A DNA stretch of 64,000 bases from positions 1-64,000 of the IMG/VR virus record IMGVR_UViG_3300044691_000347. One strand, 5' to 3'. Within the stretch, counting starts at the first letter, position 1. Each line of letters starts with the position of its first letter. The notes under the pieces are model-generated. The model was not told where the DNA came from. It did not search any database and saw only the letters and a list, made by a program, of their open reading frames with translations. Positions 25,501-38,596 of this stretch are shown piece after piece. The position numbers and the translations under genes are program-made. Origin of the DNA: a virus.

Positions 25501-26481
25501 TGGGACGACTTCTTGTCACTCATCGGGTAATCGCCTCGCTTAAATCGTGTCGGCTACCGCTTTCACGGCATGCCAGCCTTCCGGCTCGGGATAGAGTTCC
25601 GGATGCAGTGCATAGTTGACCCAGTCGGCGCGAATACCCGCATTCGGGTTACGCTCCGATATTTGAACCACTGCACACACTGTCTGAACTGATTCTATTC
25701 GCGCACGCAAACCCGCATTCTCGGCTTGCAGACGGCGGCGAGACGCCCACAACACGCGGACCACCCGCGCGGCCTTCTGGCGCGCCCGATCGTGCCCGTA
25801 AATCACTGCACCATAAAGGCGCGCCTGATACGGGCTGATCTGATCGTCATTCACACCCACGGCAGACTCCAATACAGCGGCGGATGATTTCTGACCGGAC
25901 CCATCGTCATGACGGCTCTCCAGGGGATCCGTAGCCGTAAAGGCTGTCGGGGTGAAGTTGTCGCCATGCACGCCCAGCGATCCGGCGACGCGCCGAGAAC
26001 AGCGGGCGCACGTAGTCGTTCGCCTTGGCGTCATCACAGAGGGCATGCGATACGGCGTTGAAGAACTTCGCGAACTCGATGTATGCAGGGTCATTCATGC
26101 CGCCTCCCCCGTCAGCGAGTCCGCAGGCCGTTCATAGCCCAGGTGATGACCGCATTCGCAGGTGACGTCCAACAGGTCAGCGGACAACTCGTCCCTATAT
26201 CCACCGACCCGCTTATCCGCAACTGTGCGGACCGTCTCGAAGGCCACCACCGAGACGCCACGCGCAAACCGACGTTTCAGGTTGACGCTGAGACACTTTG
26301 GGCATTCCATGGTGTCTCGCGCGGCCGGATAGCTGGCTAGAATCTCACGGAATTGTGCCGCTGCTGTAGCCCTGGCTTTCCGATACTCCTCTGCCCAGCG
26401 CGCACGATCCTCACCAGTCGTGTAATACTCTGGTGCGGGATCGGCGTAGAAGTCATCCCGAGGGCGCCTAAAGATGCTCAT
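22545..26481 (-). other. Run of small translationally coupled hypothetical ORFs (e.g. 23505-23810, 23886-24092, 24089-24370, 24358-24597, 24606-25025, 25018-25317, 25314-25523, 25907-26098, 26095-26481)
   Basis: Tiled minus-strand ORFs with ATGA/GTGA overlaps; no recognisable family. Confidence 0.6.
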
Positions 26482-27629
26482 GACGGCAACCGGACGGGCA
26501 TCAACAGGTGCCGGTATGCGCTATCCAGAGGTGTGAACGCGCCACTCTCCGTGACGCCGACATCGTCGATGGCCGCCGTGAGCACGCCCGGACGGCTCGG
26601 TGTCGTGAACGCGAAGGCGACACGATCCGCATGCAATGCGCCGAGTGCATCCGCTAGAAAACCGGGGTTGAACGCGATCGTCAACGGCGCCCCTTGGAAG
26701 TCGGCGTCAACTGCTTCTTCGGCGCGCCCATTGTCCTCGCCACCCGCAGCCAACAGCACCGTGCCATCGGCGAACGCCAGGCGGACTTGCGCGCCCCGCT
26801 CCGAGACCAGAGCGACACGTTTGATGGCGCCCACCAGATCCGCGACCACGACGGTTGCGACCGCCGTATGGTCCTTCGGGAACAGCTGCCGGAACTTCGG
26901 GAACTCGGCATCCAGGAGACGGGTTGTGGTGCGGCGGCCTGCGTTGACGATGCCCAACAGGCCCTTATCGCCGATGGACAATCCGACTGGCGCCGAATCC
27001 TCCAAGACCTTGACGGCTTCCATGAGGGTCTTCGCCGGCACAAGCATTGCCGCCTTCATGTCGGCGTCAACGGGCTGCCATTCGATATGGCGGACTGCGA
27101 GCCGAAACCGGTCGGTGGCGGCGAGCGTGATTCCGTTGCCGTCGATTTCCATACGGATCCCGGTGAGCATGGGGAGTGTGTCGTCATGCCCGGATGCGGT
27201 AGCGACTTGCATGACCGCCTGGGCGAACGTGTGGGCGTCGACTGTCCCAGTCTGGTCGGGCATGTCCGGCAGTTCCGGATAGTCCTCTACAGGGAGCGTG
27301 GGGAGGGCAAATTTCGCTGTCCCGCAAGCAATCTGCATGCGTTCGCTGTCGACGCTCACATCGACAGGCTTGTTGGGAAGGGCTTTCGCGATACCCGCGA
27401 GCAGTCGCCCCGACACTAGGATTCGCCCAACCGTGTCGATCTCGGCTGCCACCCGCATTTGTGTCGACACCTCATAGTCGAAGCCGGACACAGTCAACCC
27501 GTTGTCGTCGGCGACGATCAGAACACCCGCGAGCACGGGTACAGGCGGTCGAGCTGGAAGGCTGCGCGCCACCCAGTTGACGGCGTCCGCGAAATCATCC
27601 CGTGCGATACGAAACTTGATGCCAGTCAT
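26478..27629 (-). CDS. dnaN: DNA polymerase III beta sliding clamp
   Basis: [56 protein letters not shown]. Confidence 0.95.
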   Translation of the reverse strand: MTGIKFRIARDDFADAVNWVARSLPARPPVPVLAGVLIVADDNGLTVSGFDYEVSTQMRVAAEIDTVGRILVSGRLLAGIAKALPNKPVDVSVDSERMQIACGTAKFALPTLPVEDYPELPDMPDQTGTVDAHTFAQAVMQVATASGHDDTLPMLTGIRMEIDGNGITLAATDRFRLAVRHIEWQPVDADMKAAMLVPAKTLMEAVKVLEDSAPVGLSIGDKGLLGIVNAGRRTTTRLLDAEFPKFRQLFPKDHTAVATVVVADLVGAIKRVALVSERGAQVRLAFADGTVLLAAGGEDNGRAEEAVDADFQGAPLTIAFNPGFLADALGALHADRVAFAFTTPSRPGVLTAAIDDVGVTESGAFTPLDSAYRHLLMPVRLPS

Positions 27630-27851
27630 CGTGTTTTCTCCGTTACTTTCCATGCGGTGATGTGGTGCCAGCGTTCTTGTACAGCGACCTGATAGCCCGC
27701 TTCGGTGAGTTGTCGCCGCTCAGACCAGACATGCGACGAGTCCGTGAACCGGAAAAACTCTTCACCGGTTGCAGGATCTCGGTAGACGATCCGGAATTCG
27801 GGGCGTTGGGTCTCCATTTCGCCGGCGGGTGGGATCCAGGGCTCAAGGTTG

Positions 27852-28427
27852 TCAGGCGGCATGGGTTGCCTCCGGGAGTGAAAGTTTGTCCAGTGCAGCA
27901 AGATTCGCCACAGGCATAGGATCATCAATGGGTTCTCCGATGAGACGACATCCGATTGCCGCGAGGGTGAGCGCGTCAGCCTCGTCGTTGCCGTTGATGT
28001 CGAGATCCGGGTATCGGCGCACGACTGCGGCAAGAACAGCGTCCTTGCCTGCGTTGCCTTTCCCTGCCGCATACTTCGCGCGCACGGTCGGAGGGACCGG
28101 GATGACGGTTCGGGTCGTACCTGCGAGGAGGTCATACGCTATCCACCACAGGCCGGATCGGTCGTGCTGGTGTCCGGTCGTGGATGCGTAGGAGGGCGCT
28201 TCGAGAACCACCAGGGCGCATTCCGGGATGACAGGCAAGATGTTCAGGGCGAGCGTGGTGATGCGCTTGTGCCGCTGCTGCCAGGTCGCGTCAGTCTTGC
28301 CCGCGGATTTGATGGTGGCTGTCCACACGTTCGGGTCGCCAGGTTTTGTGATCGCGATCCCGGTTGAGGTGAGCGACAAATCAAGGCCGACAACGGTTTC
28401 GAAAGCGATCACAGCGGCGTCACCCAT
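27852..28427 (-). CDS. RuvC-like Holliday junction resolvase
   Basis: GLDLSLTSTG, VLE, KY..GKGNA.KD, NDEADA. Confidence 0.85.
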   Translation of the reverse strand: MGDAAVIAFETVVGLDLSLTSTGIAITKPGDPNVWTATIKSAGKTDATWQQRHKRITTLALNILPVIPECALVVLEAPSYASTTGHQHDRSGLWWIAYDLLAGTTRTVIPVPPTVRAKYAAGKGNAGKDAVLAAVVRRYPDLDINGNDEADALTLAAIGCRLIGEPIDDPMPVANLAALDKLSLPEATHAA

Positions 28428-29318
28428 TCGGCAGACTCGAAGGTCGAAAAGAATCGCATACAGTGGCTACATTTGCGGCCGCCATGGTTAACCCAGATAG
28501 ATCTGTCGTAGGCGACGCATCCGGCACACGCGAACTTGGCTTTGCATCCGTGTATATTGACCCAGAACTGAGCGGCTGGCGGAACATTCTTATGCAGCGT
28601 TCCTTCGCAGGCGGGCGTGTGGTCCAAGTGTTCGATACTGTCGACCTGCTCAATGGTTTGAGTGCTCATGCTGCCCGCTCTTGATAGATAGGTGACTTGG
28701 TTGTGTGCCAGTGTTGTCCGGATGGGCATTCGTAGACACGTGACGGGCGCGGCCCGGGTGCCGTATACCGCAAGAACTTGTTGATCGCGTTGCGGGCTTC
28801 GAACTCGCTGCCGTACGCGGTTTTCTTCGGTGTCGGGCAGGCAGGTCGGCTCGCGTTGATCACATGCTGGTAGATGGCGACGAGGACATTGGCCTGGTTG
28901 CTTTTCGATTCGGGGTGCCCGCACAAGCAATGCGCAACCCAAGAGCCACGCCCAACATGTCGGACTTCGGTGATGCGATGAACGTCGGTCATCTGGTCGG
29001 CACCTCCCGCAGCGTGCCATCCTTGCAACGCCATTTCGTACGCCAGCCGACGATCAGACGGGCCTCCGCGATCGTTCTGGGCCAGTAATCAGCGATAAAC
29101 TCTGGGGAGATTCCCTCGTCCAGTTGGGCGGAATAATCGAAGTGGACCATTCGACACATAGCATCACAATGAACGCACTGTTTCCAGGTGTAGATGTGCC
29201 CGTCGTAGATGTTGCGCTGATACTCGTACATCTCGCCGGGGTCGATCGTCCTGGAGCACAGCGAGCATGTGTGCGGCTTGCGTGCCTTGCGTTTCCCTGA
29301 GTCCAGTGACTCAATCAT
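28409..29318 (-). other. Three small Cys-rich zinc-binding ORFs (28409-28669, 28666-28992, 28989-29318)
   Basis: CxxC pairs; KARKPHTCSLC...I.PG..Y motif; ATGA overlaps. Confidence 0.6.
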
Positions 29319-29880
29319 TCGGCATCGCCTTCAGTTCGCCTTTGCCGTGGTGGAAGACGCGGAGGGAGCGGCCCGTTGGGGACACGTAAATGTCCACCTC
29401 CTGCCCGGTATCAGTTTTCACACCGATGCAAACCTGGCCGTCTCGCTCCGTCAGGCGAGTGACTTCCGCTGCGCCCCATTTAAATCCGTAGACGGTACGC
29501 TCAAAATGGGCTTTACGGGTTCCCATTGCGCACCTTCCGCACCCGCACTTCGCCGACGACGAGTTCTGTTGAGGTGCGGAATGCGCCCGGATTGAGGATG
29601 ATCAGATCGCGGGCGTGACCGACGGCTTCTCCTATACTGGCGTCGTCATGCAGACGCGTCGACGCCAACTGAAGCGAGTCACCGTTTTTCACGAGCACGA
29701 CCAAGCCGACACGGTCACTCATTCTCAGCCAACTCCTCTGCGGCATCCTTGATAGCCCTCTCCAAAATGTCGTAATGCATTTCTCGGGAGCACAAAGCGC
29801 CGTAATCGCCGGGATGCAAATCATCATATTGTCTAGAGGCTGCAAGGTAGAGTGCAGCCGATATGACGTGCTCGACCTTG

Positions 29881-30327
29881 TCACGCATCTTTGCCCTCCA
29901 GCATCGCGCGCACTTCGCCGGCGAGGTCGTATCCGCTCCACTCGTCCCACTTGTCGATCAGCTTCAACGCTTTCGCGATCCGTTCCCGGTCCCGCTGCTG
30001 CCTGGCGGCGATAGCGACATAGTTCGTCTCGGTCTCGATCCGCAGGTCGGACAATTCCATATGCGCCTCATCGCGTTCACGCTCGACGGCCTCCAGCCCA
30101 TCCAGCAGGGCGGGGAGGTTGTTGCGCGCCCACACGATGAGGTCGGTGTTCGCGTCGCTAAGAGCGGTGTCGTCGATGTCGCAGGTTTCAGCTACCCAGA
30201 CCCGCAATCCGGTGCGCTCGTCGTATGCGTTAGCCCGGTAGATCTCGGTAGAGTCGCCCTCCCAAGGTCCGGGCGTAGCGGCAGCCACCTTCTGGCGCCC
30301 TTCAGCGATCAGGTCACGGTCAGGCAT
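29881..30327 (-). CDS. Ead/Ea22-like phage protein
   Basis: AATPGPW...ARN.LPALL plus coiled-coil. Confidence 0.65.
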   Translation of the reverse strand: MPDRDLIAEGRQKVAAATPGPWEGDSTEIYRANAYDERTGLRVWVAETCDIDDTALSDANTDLIVWARNNLPALLDGLEAVERERDEAHMELSDLRIETETNYVAIAARQQRDRERIAKALKLIDKWDEWSGYDLAGEVRAMLEGKDA

Positions 30328-31477
30328 TGCACCACTCCAAGAACTCGTTGTAGACGCTGTCATTGATGCCGTAGTTGCACTTGAGCCAGACGTCATACCG
30401 GACCTGTTGAGTCGACTCCGCTTCCAGTTCGGCGATGCGGGCGCGGGCGGCAATCAGCTCAAGAGCCATCGGCTTAGACCAGGTGCCAGGATTGTCAGCG
30501 ACACCGCGCAGCAGGTCATCAGGCAGCGGGTTCGGGTATTCGTCAGCCCAGTGACCGCGAATCTCGTTGTCAGACATCCTTCACCCACTTCGTGACCGTG
30601 ATGATCTCCTCGACGGGGCGCACAAGCGTCAGTTCGACGGCATGCTGCCCACCACCAAGTTCTGCCGGTCCGTAAGACTCCTGGCTCTCGGTCGAGCCGA
30701 CCTGGTGTTCCCACCGATAGTGTTGACCGCTGGGACCTCGGGTGATCTGGTGCCAGATCGTGTACCAGCGCTCGGTTTCTCCACGGATTTCCGCGACGGT
30801 TTCAAATCCTTCGCAGGTGTCACCCACCTCGATCAGAGCGTCGTAATCCTCAGCAAGAATGGCTGTCAGATCATCAATTTCGTTCATCGGCTAGGCCTCC
30901 ATTTCAGTGTGATGCAGCCGATACCACTGCGGCGTACATGTCGCATAACCTTGATGGCTGCCCACAACGAGTTACCCTCATACTGCGTAAAGTCCTGGTA
31001 CCCGTTGCCCTGATTAGCCCAGGCGAGCACTTCCCATTCAAAGCCCATCAGCGGCGCACTTCGACGATGACAGCCCCATGACGCTCGATCGCTTCAATCA
31101 GATCCCCGCACGCCGCCTGCAAATCGGCATCATCTGTGGCGATCCGGACGCCGTGCAGAAACGGAACGATCTCCAGGCCCAGCCGATGACCGGTCTGGAG
31201 ATATCCGTCATCAAAATAGGTGTCTTGACTCTTGAAATAGGCTTCGAGGGTGTACGCCAGATCGAGATCCAGCCCGGAGCCTTCTGGAGGCGAAACGTCG
31301 GGGGTGTACGAGAATGTGCGGCTCACCGGTTGTTCCTCCGTGACTGGCGCGCCACCTTGTTGCGGGCGCGGCGTCGAGCTTTCACATGCTCGGGAACGGT
31401 GCCCTCATACATGCGCATCCCCTGAAGCCTTTTGAGGATGCCTTGCGCCCAGGACGTTTCGTACGGGTTCGTCTCGC

Positions 31478-31822
31478 TCATGCTGCTACGTCCTCGATAG
31501 GGATCAATGTCAATGCTGTCGGGTCGGCTCGTTTTACAGCGTCGTCACCAAAAATTTTGCCGCCCCAAATCCCCGACACCGGAAACCCGTACTGGTTGAT
31601 CAGCGACTTTCGTAGCGCCAGACATGCCTCCCGCGCGTCACAATTCCCGCACTGCCGCTGCGCCCTCAAACGCCGTTGATGTGCAGCCATCGTCGATTCA
31701 CCATCCACATGGTGATCCCACTGCGACGCGCCACGATGCGCTGTCCGCCACTCCTGCGAGAGCTTCGAAGCACACGGCGCATCCCGGTATGGGTTGTCAT
31801 CCCCGAACCGCCATCCACTCAC
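31478..31822 (-). CDS. whiB: WhiB-family transcription factor
   Basis: APC...CGNC...C...GIWGG. Confidence 0.8.
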   Translation of the reverse strand: MSGWRFGDDNPYRDAPCASKLSQEWRTAHRGASQWDHHVDGESTMAAHQRRLRAQRQCGNCDAREACLALRKSLINQYGFPVSGIWGGKIFGDDAVKRADPTALTLIPIEDVAA

Positions 31823-31968
31823 GCACACACCGCCGCAACGATCGGGGCAACCAGTACACCGACGATGACGATCAACACGCCCGCGATCACGCCCAGTATC
31901 CGCAACACAGCCTGTTTGACCTGTGCTTTCACTACACACCTCCAACTCAATATCATATCTTAGATCCA

Positions 31969-31989
31969 CTACGATAGATCGTATCGCAT
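31969..31989. promoter_or_regulatory. Palindromic operator candidate, copy 2
   Basis: CTACGATA-GATCG-TATCGCAT in an AT-rich intergenic gap. Confidence 0.55.
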
Positions 31990-33726
31990 TCAGAAGGCGG
32001 ACGCTACCCCTCAGCTATAGCGAATCCATCCCTGACCCGCCGCAACCGTTCCCGACTGTTACTGCTGGTCGTGCGCGTGCTGCCCGTGCTCCCCCAGAGC
32101 GCCCCACACCTGCACCAGTGCACCAACCAACGCTTGGATTTCGTCACGGGTGACAGTCACGGTTATCCCATGGCCGCTGTTGGAGCTGTAGAGGTTGGCT
32201 TTCGCCGGCTGACTGGGATCGGTGTGCGGCATCGCTTGTACGTCGATTTGCGCCCCGGAAACGGTTTTGATCACTCTGTTCGCCCTTGATTCGATAGTTT
32301 TACTTGCCGCTGTGATGGCGGGCGATGAGCCACGCAATCCAAGCGACCAGAACAAATAGGGCGACGAGTTCGACCATGTCAACCCATGTATCGGAGTGCA
32401 CTGCGTGTGTCCTTTCAGGCTGCGACGGACTGTCGCTGGTGGGCGCGGTCGATCAACCTTTGCAATTCGTCCCGCTGGTGGGCGCGGTCCTCCTGCAACC
32501 GTTCCTGCCAGACGCGGTCGTCGTGTGCAGTCCGGGCCGCAATCAGCTTGTGCAACGCCATCACGTATGCGTTGATGGCACGCTCCGACTCGACTGATCC
32601 GCGACCGTACAGGCCAGTGATACGGTCGGCGGATTCGCTCAAAAACTCGATGTGGGCTGCGGTGTCGCTCGCCCAACTCCCTACACAGCTCATCCCCGCA
32701 CCTCACCAATCGGGTATTCGGACTCATCGAAACCGGTTGCGAGAAGGTCGAAGTCGCGCATGTCGTGTGCGACGAGGATGTCTTCAAGCCAGTCGATTGC
32801 CTGCCGGTTGGTGGCCGTCCGGAACGCGAAATCGGCTTCGTCGGGGATCAAGCCGAGCAGTTCAGCGGCGACCTCGTCAGTCCAACGAACGGCGCCGCTC
32901 CGGAAGTCGAGGACCTGCACGGCGTCGGCGGCCCCGCGATTCTCTAGCAGCCCGTAGTAGCCGTGCTGCCGGATGGTGATGCCGGCGAGGCAGTTACGCC
33001 AGCGGGTCTGATCGAGGTTACGGTTGGCGGATTCGTAGACGTTTCGCATGAGCGGAATGTTGTGTTGCATCAGTTACTCCAGAGGTTGTTTTTGATGTCT
33101 TCAGCGGCGGCAGAGGCGGCGTCACGGTCGAGGTCAGTGACCCTGTAGACGAGACGATGTAGGGCTATCCCTGCACGGCGGCTGTCGAGGTCTTCGGCGA
33201 AGTCTCGAATCCGGTTGACGAGGATGCGGTACCGGTCGGCGTCATGCTGTAGCGAGTCGATGAGGGTGTTCGCAGTCGCGTTACTCAGGCTGGTCATGCC
33301 TTGGATGACTGCGAGAGTTACGTCGATGCCGACCGGATCAGGTGGCAGAGCCATTGGGGTTCACCTTGTTTCAGGGTTGTAGAGGTGCGTGTCGAGTCGG
33401 GCGCATCCGCGTGGAGGATCTGCCCAAACGAGTTCGTCGCTGTAGTGCTGTCCGGTCCCAGCCATGTCCATGCATTTCTGGAACAGTGCGTGGGCGTCGT
33501 CGCGGTTGTGGGCTGCGATGTAGACGCTGATCCCGTTGTTGGCCATCTGATGTCAGTTCTCTCCCTGATAGCTGCATCCGCAGCTGGCCCATTCGCTGTC
33601 GATGATGTGGAAGTAGTGGTCGCGCGCATCGGCGTGCTGTCCCATAGCCCAGTTCAAGAGCCAGTCCAGGGCGTTATCGTCGGCGGCTTGGTCTTTCTTG
33701 TTCATTGCTCTCCTGGTTTGGTAGAG

Positions 33727-33767
33727 GCGGCGGCCCGAAAGTCTCTTGGGGCGTTTCGGGCCGCTGC
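33727..33767. terminator. Strong intergenic hairpin
   Basis: GCGGCGGCCCGAAA...TTTCGGGCCGCTGC inverted repeat. Confidence 0.45.
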
Positions 33768-34392
33768 CCCTCCTCCCGATCTGCCGACATGCTCCGCAAT
33801 AATGGGGTGGCCTGTCGATCAGCCGGGAAGGCTTTCTAAATGGGGTCACCGGGGGCAGTTTGGAGACACGCGCGCCCAATCCGGCCTTGGTGCGCTACCC
33901 CCGGTCGTTACCGGTCGGTCGACCCCTGCTATTTATGCGGCGGCGTCCAGGACGTCTTGGGTGGCTTCTAATTCCCAGTCGGCGACGTCTTCCCACACGC
34001 CTGCCTCATAGCGGCGAACTCCCATGTGGTGGCTGACTTCTCGCCTCACACCGTGGACAGTTTCGTAAGCGGTTGTCGCTTCGATCGCAGCCAACACCGC
34101 GAGGGCTTCGGCCATGTTGCGGACGTGGATCCGGACGGCGCGGCGAGGCGGGTCAGCGGTGTACCACACATACAGGTCGTGCGTCTTCGGGGCGGTCATG
34201 ACAACCACTTCGGGCGCTGAATCGTCCACGGCTGGAAGCGTTGGCGCTCATAGGTTGCGAGCTCGACCGCGTAGTCAAAGGCTTCACGCCAGGTCTTCCG
34301 CATCCCGTAGAACTCGTATTCCTCGCCCGGTCGCCCAGCTGTGATAGCCCAACGATTCGAGCGGTACTCGCGGAAAACGAAGAAGCGCAACA

Positions 34393-35349
34393 TCACGGCA
34401 GCACTTCCATGAATCCGATGAACCGGGCGTCGATGGCGTCCGCTGACACGATCCGCTCGACTGAGCCCGGGAAGGTCTCGAAAAAGAACTGGGTTCCGGT
34501 GCTGCCGCGTTGCCAGCGGTACAGATCATCGTCGTCCTCATCGCTGGACGGTCGGAACATCACCCCAAATGGGACTTCGTCCACTGTCGCCCAAGTCCGC
34601 GGCACGGTCAGGCCAACAACTTCAGCCTCCGGAACAGGCTCGCACAGCACTTCCACGAAACCGCGCTCCAGATCCCGGAATAGGTGCAGCGCATAGAGTG
34701 CCCCGCTATCCAACTGGACACAGTGATCGTCCGCCCGCTCGTACACATACTTCGCCGAGACGAGACGGAACCGAATGCCGACAGGGATCTCAGTCACGCT
34801 GTCCCACGTCCGCGGCCCGCGTTCGCCAAAGAGTTCGGAGTCCTCGGTGTCGGCTTGGTCTGCTACCTCGGTGACCTGTCGGCCGCCGGCGATCCGCCGC
34901 ACTTCATCCACGGACAGCAGACCGGACAGGTTCGGCGACGGGTCTACCCGAAAATAGCTTCCGGATCGCGTGTACCTGGTCTCGGAGAATTCGCCGATCC
35001 GGACAGTGACGCCTTCCGGGGTTTCGTCGGCGTAAGCCCAACGCCGGGGTTCGTACGCGACCGGGGCTTCTGTTACCAGCTCCCAAACGCGCGCTGTGGT
35101 CACGAAGTCGACTGCGACGACACGGTTCGCGGCACAGAAATCCTGTGTCGAAAGCCCAAACGGGGTCACCAGCTTGCAGAGCGCGTCGTGATGCAACTGT
35201 GCGGCCCGCTCGGTGTCCCATACGAGCACGCACTGACCGTTGACGTCTGCGAACTCGGCACCGCCTGAATACCCTGGCGTACTGGACAGAAGGCGACCGG
35301 CACATATCCGAATCGCGTACTTCGTTGTCGTAGAGCTATTCTCGGTCAT
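34393..35349 (-). CDS. Hypothetical protein with three internal repeats
   Basis: PRRWAYADETPEGV / PRTWDSVTEIPVGI / PRTWATVDEVPFGV. Confidence 0.7.
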   Translation of the reverse strand: MTENSSTTTKYAIRICAGRLLSSTPGYSGGAEFADVNGQCVLVWDTERAAQLHHDALCKLVTPFGLSTQDFCAANRVVAVDFVTTARVWELVTEAPVAYEPRRWAYADETPEGVTVRIGEFSETRYTRSGSYFRVDPSPNLSGLLSVDEVRRIAGGRQVTEVADQADTEDSELFGERGPRTWDSVTEIPVGIRFRLVSAKYVYERADDHCVQLDSGALYALHLFRDLERGFVEVLCEPVPEAEVVGLTVPRTWATVDEVPFGVMFRPSSDEDDDDLYRWQRGSTGTQFFFETFPGSVERIVSADAIDARFIGFMEVLP

Positions 35350-36982
35350 GCCTGGTCTCCGTCGATGATGTTGTTGATCATGTCGAGCGCTTTCGTCAAC
35401 CCCATGTCGTAGCCTTGACGGACCGGGTTTTTGTATGTTCTGGTAGCGGCATCCGACATGGTTGACGTTCGGCGATGCTTATCAAGCGCGGAAGCGATCT
35501 GGGCTCGCAACACGTTCAAGTCGTCGCTGTGTCCACCAGAGCCGATCGGCACCGATTTGCCGTAGTGATCGAATCCGCCATGACTGCCATAAATGTGTGC
35601 GGTCATGCCACACCACCTTGGTGGCGTGCGATCATCGCGGCAACCTGATCGGCTGCTTCGCTTTGGTTGTGCCAGCGCAGGTCGTGTTCGAGTGCTCGCA
35701 GTCCTTCGACGATGCTGGGTGTGTTCTGGTTGGTGAGGCGCACGAGTGCGGCGGCGAGCATGGTGACGGCGTCTTCGTGGCCCGCGTATTCGTTGATGAT
35801 CAAGGCGAGTTCGGCGACGTCGACTCCGCGGCTGCCGTGCCGGGCGAGGTCGGTGCGCAGTTTGGTCAATGCTGTGTCGAGGAGTTCGTTGGCGGCTGCC
35901 GCATACTGGTCGGCAGCTGCGATCATGTTCGGCTGGTAGGTCATTTCGAATCCCCCTCGCCGGGCGCGGCGGCCATGATGGGCTCGCACCGCCATGTGAC
36001 GGTTTCGACCTTGCGGGTTTTGGTGATCTTGGGTGCGGCAGCGATGTAGTCCGGATCGGGTACTTTTTCGACGATTGTCTCGACACCGGTCACGACGCGC
36101 GTGCATACCGCTTCGCGTCGGTCGGTGAGCCGAAGCAGCATAGCCCGCAGCGGTACGGTGGCGTCGAAAAAGTCGCTGTCGTAATGCTTTTCGATCACAC
36201 CGGTAGCGATGGGCATCAGCTGCCGGATGGTCTCGGCCATCACTGAGCGATTGTCGTCCTTGTGCTCGTATGCGGCGGCATGCATAGGCCATAGGGTGCG
36301 CTCGAATGCTTGGCCGATCATCGCCGCCAAGTGCGGATTGTCCTCGATCAAGTCGGCGATGTCACGCAGGTCGGCGGCGATATCGGCAGGGTTTTTGCTG
36401 CCGGTGACGGGTTTGATGTTCATCAGTTGTCCTTGTGGTCTTGGAGGAATGCGTCGCAGCGGGCACGCAGTTCGCGGACTTCGCGGGCGGGCAGGTCGGC
36501 GCGGATGGCGTGAATAGGGTTGTCGTCCAACCCGACTCGAACGGAAAACAGTTCGGCACCGTCTTCGCATCCGACCTCAACTGCGTAGCCTTCGTGGTCG
36601 ATCAGGGGCGCGGCACCGTAGAGGGTGACGCGCCGCCCGTCGTCGTGGCGAGTGATCACGCGGCCCGCTCGGTCGCAGTTTCGCCCGCATACACGGCCCA
36701 CCAGTAATTCACGGTGATGTGGGTGTCGTGGTCGGTGGATCGGTCGGCGCGTTCGAGGATGCAACGCGCCCCGTCTACAGCATGTGCACCGCACAGATTC
36801 GCGTCGGTCACGATGTAGCCCTCGTCGGGGTCGTCGACTGTGTACTCCACGTAGACGGCTGATAGGTGCGCGCATTCGTCGCACTCGGTGTCGAGGAACT
36901 GGCGGGCGTCGCGGTCGACTGTCCCGGTGAAAGCTGGTGCCCAGTCAGGGATGTCGAGGAGGCCGCGGATGTCGATGTTCAT
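35346..36982 (-). other. Run of small hypothetical ORFs (35346-35606, 35603-35944, 35941-36423, 36423-36659, 36656-36982)
   Basis: Tiled with stop/start overlaps. Confidence 0.6.
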
Positions 36983-37150
36983 GCCGCTACCTCAAGTTCG
37001 ATGCGGACGACGATTTCGCCCTGGTAGTCGCAGGTGAAGCAGCCTTGCCCGTTGCAAACCTCGTGGATGACTGGGATGTCCTCGAACATGTCGCTCATCG
37101 GGTGTCCTTCGCTTGGTGCCGGTGCCAGCCGGTCCGTGTGATGTATTCGA

Positions 37151-37180
37151 CTCTATCGTAGACAGTACGATACATGCAAT
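37151..37180 (-). promoter_or_regulatory. Leftward sigmaA-like promoter
   Basis: TTGCAT-N18-TAGAGT on the minus strand in the divergent intergenic region. Confidence 0.5.
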
Positions 37181-37224
37181 AGGTATCTACATGTAGTTTG
37201 CTGCGATCTTCTGAGACAAACCTC

Positions 37225-37253
37225 TTGTATACGATCTATCATACTTGTAGGCT
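37225..37253 (+). promoter_or_regulatory. Rightward sigmaA-like promoter
   Basis: TTGTAT-N17-TAGGCT upstream of a GAGGAG RBS and the ATG at 37287. Confidence 0.65.
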
Positions 37254-37286
37254 TAGCGTAGATCGTATCGACACGAGGAGCCCCAG

Positions 37287-38596
37287 ATGACCGCCTGCAC
37301 TACTCCCGCCCGTTGCCCCAAGTGCCGCTGCCGCATCGAGGAGGACTGGGAGCGCGACTACGTCGCGCAGGTCGGGCAGTGCCGGGACTGCGTACAGGAC
37401 GCACAGCCTTCCTGCCGCATATGCCACGACACCTACCTGATGAACGTCGAGCGCGGCACCTGCGGCCTGTGTGAAGGCGCGTACGAGAACGCCATCCTCG
37501 GCATCTACTAGCCCGTTTGCATCGCGCTCGGGAGTCCGGGCGCGATGTCGACCAACAAAACCTCCACTCGCACAGGAGATTCCGGTGATCACTCTTGCCG
37601 ACTGTTTCGCGACCGTCCGGCCGTACATTCTCTTCGGGCGCACCCGCTACAGCGCGAGTTGCACGACGTGCGGTACGTCCTGTAGCGGTTGGACCGAACG
37701 GCAGGCACGAGCCGAGTTCGAAGCGCATCGCGCGATCCCTGCACCGCCCGACGATGTTTTGGCGGCTCCGCTCACTCAGGCGATCGTCGCCGAGTACCCC
37801 TACTACTACATCCGGGGCCGCGGTCACCGTCTCGCCGCCATCACCGATTGCGGGCACGGTTACTGGTTGACCGACTCGTGCCCTTGCTGCCCGTAACCTA
37901 CTGCTGTACAGGAGAATTCGATCATCATGTGGGACAGTTCTGAAACCCAATTTTGTGCCGAATGTCAGCTCTACCACTATCGAGACGAATGCACGGATCC
38001 GAATTTCAACGACCCGGCTAACTGGCGGCCGGACAGGAGAATCCGGTGACCGCGATCTGTAGCGAGAATCTGATTCTGGGTGTCGCGATCATGTCGACCG
38101 CATCAAGCGGCTACGAACCTAGTCATGGCTGCCGCGCCTGCGGCATCCCGTTGTGGCTCGTCTGGTCGTTCGATGACATGCCGTTCGCTGCCTGCCCGCA
38201 CTGTGGCGAGGAAGCCGAACAGATCCGCTACTGCCCGTCATGTGACCGCCCTGGCTGCCGCAACCCCGGCTGCTAACCCCGATCCCCCCAACCAACCAGG
38301 AGATTCCAGTGACAACGATTGATGATTTGACCCGCGGGCAGCAAGTGATGCTTCGGTTCTGCGGCAGCACTGAACTCGGCCACAAGCCGTACACCGAGGA
38401 GGCGAACTTCCGCGGCGTCATCGGCAAAGCCGAGGATCGGCGCGCGGTCTTCGAGTCCGTTGACGGAGACGGCAGTACCTACAAGTGGAACGCATACCGC
38501 TTCGAGGGCGATTGGGCGTACGGAACCTCTGCGGAGCGGCTGCAATTCGTGCGGGCCATTGATCCGGCAGCGTCTATCGGCAAGGCGGTGGCGTAA
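37287..38596 (+). other. Small, mostly Cys-rich plus-strand ORFs (37287-37511, about 37585-37896, about 38091-38276, 38309-38596)
   Basis: AGGAG RBSs, multiple CxxC motifs. Confidence 0.6.

Noticed and set aside
26353-27419. Long plus-strand ORFs opposite dnaN, and similar ones opposite the capsid, YqaJ and other genes
   Set aside because: Antisense shadow ORFs typical of high-GC DNA; no RBS or motifs
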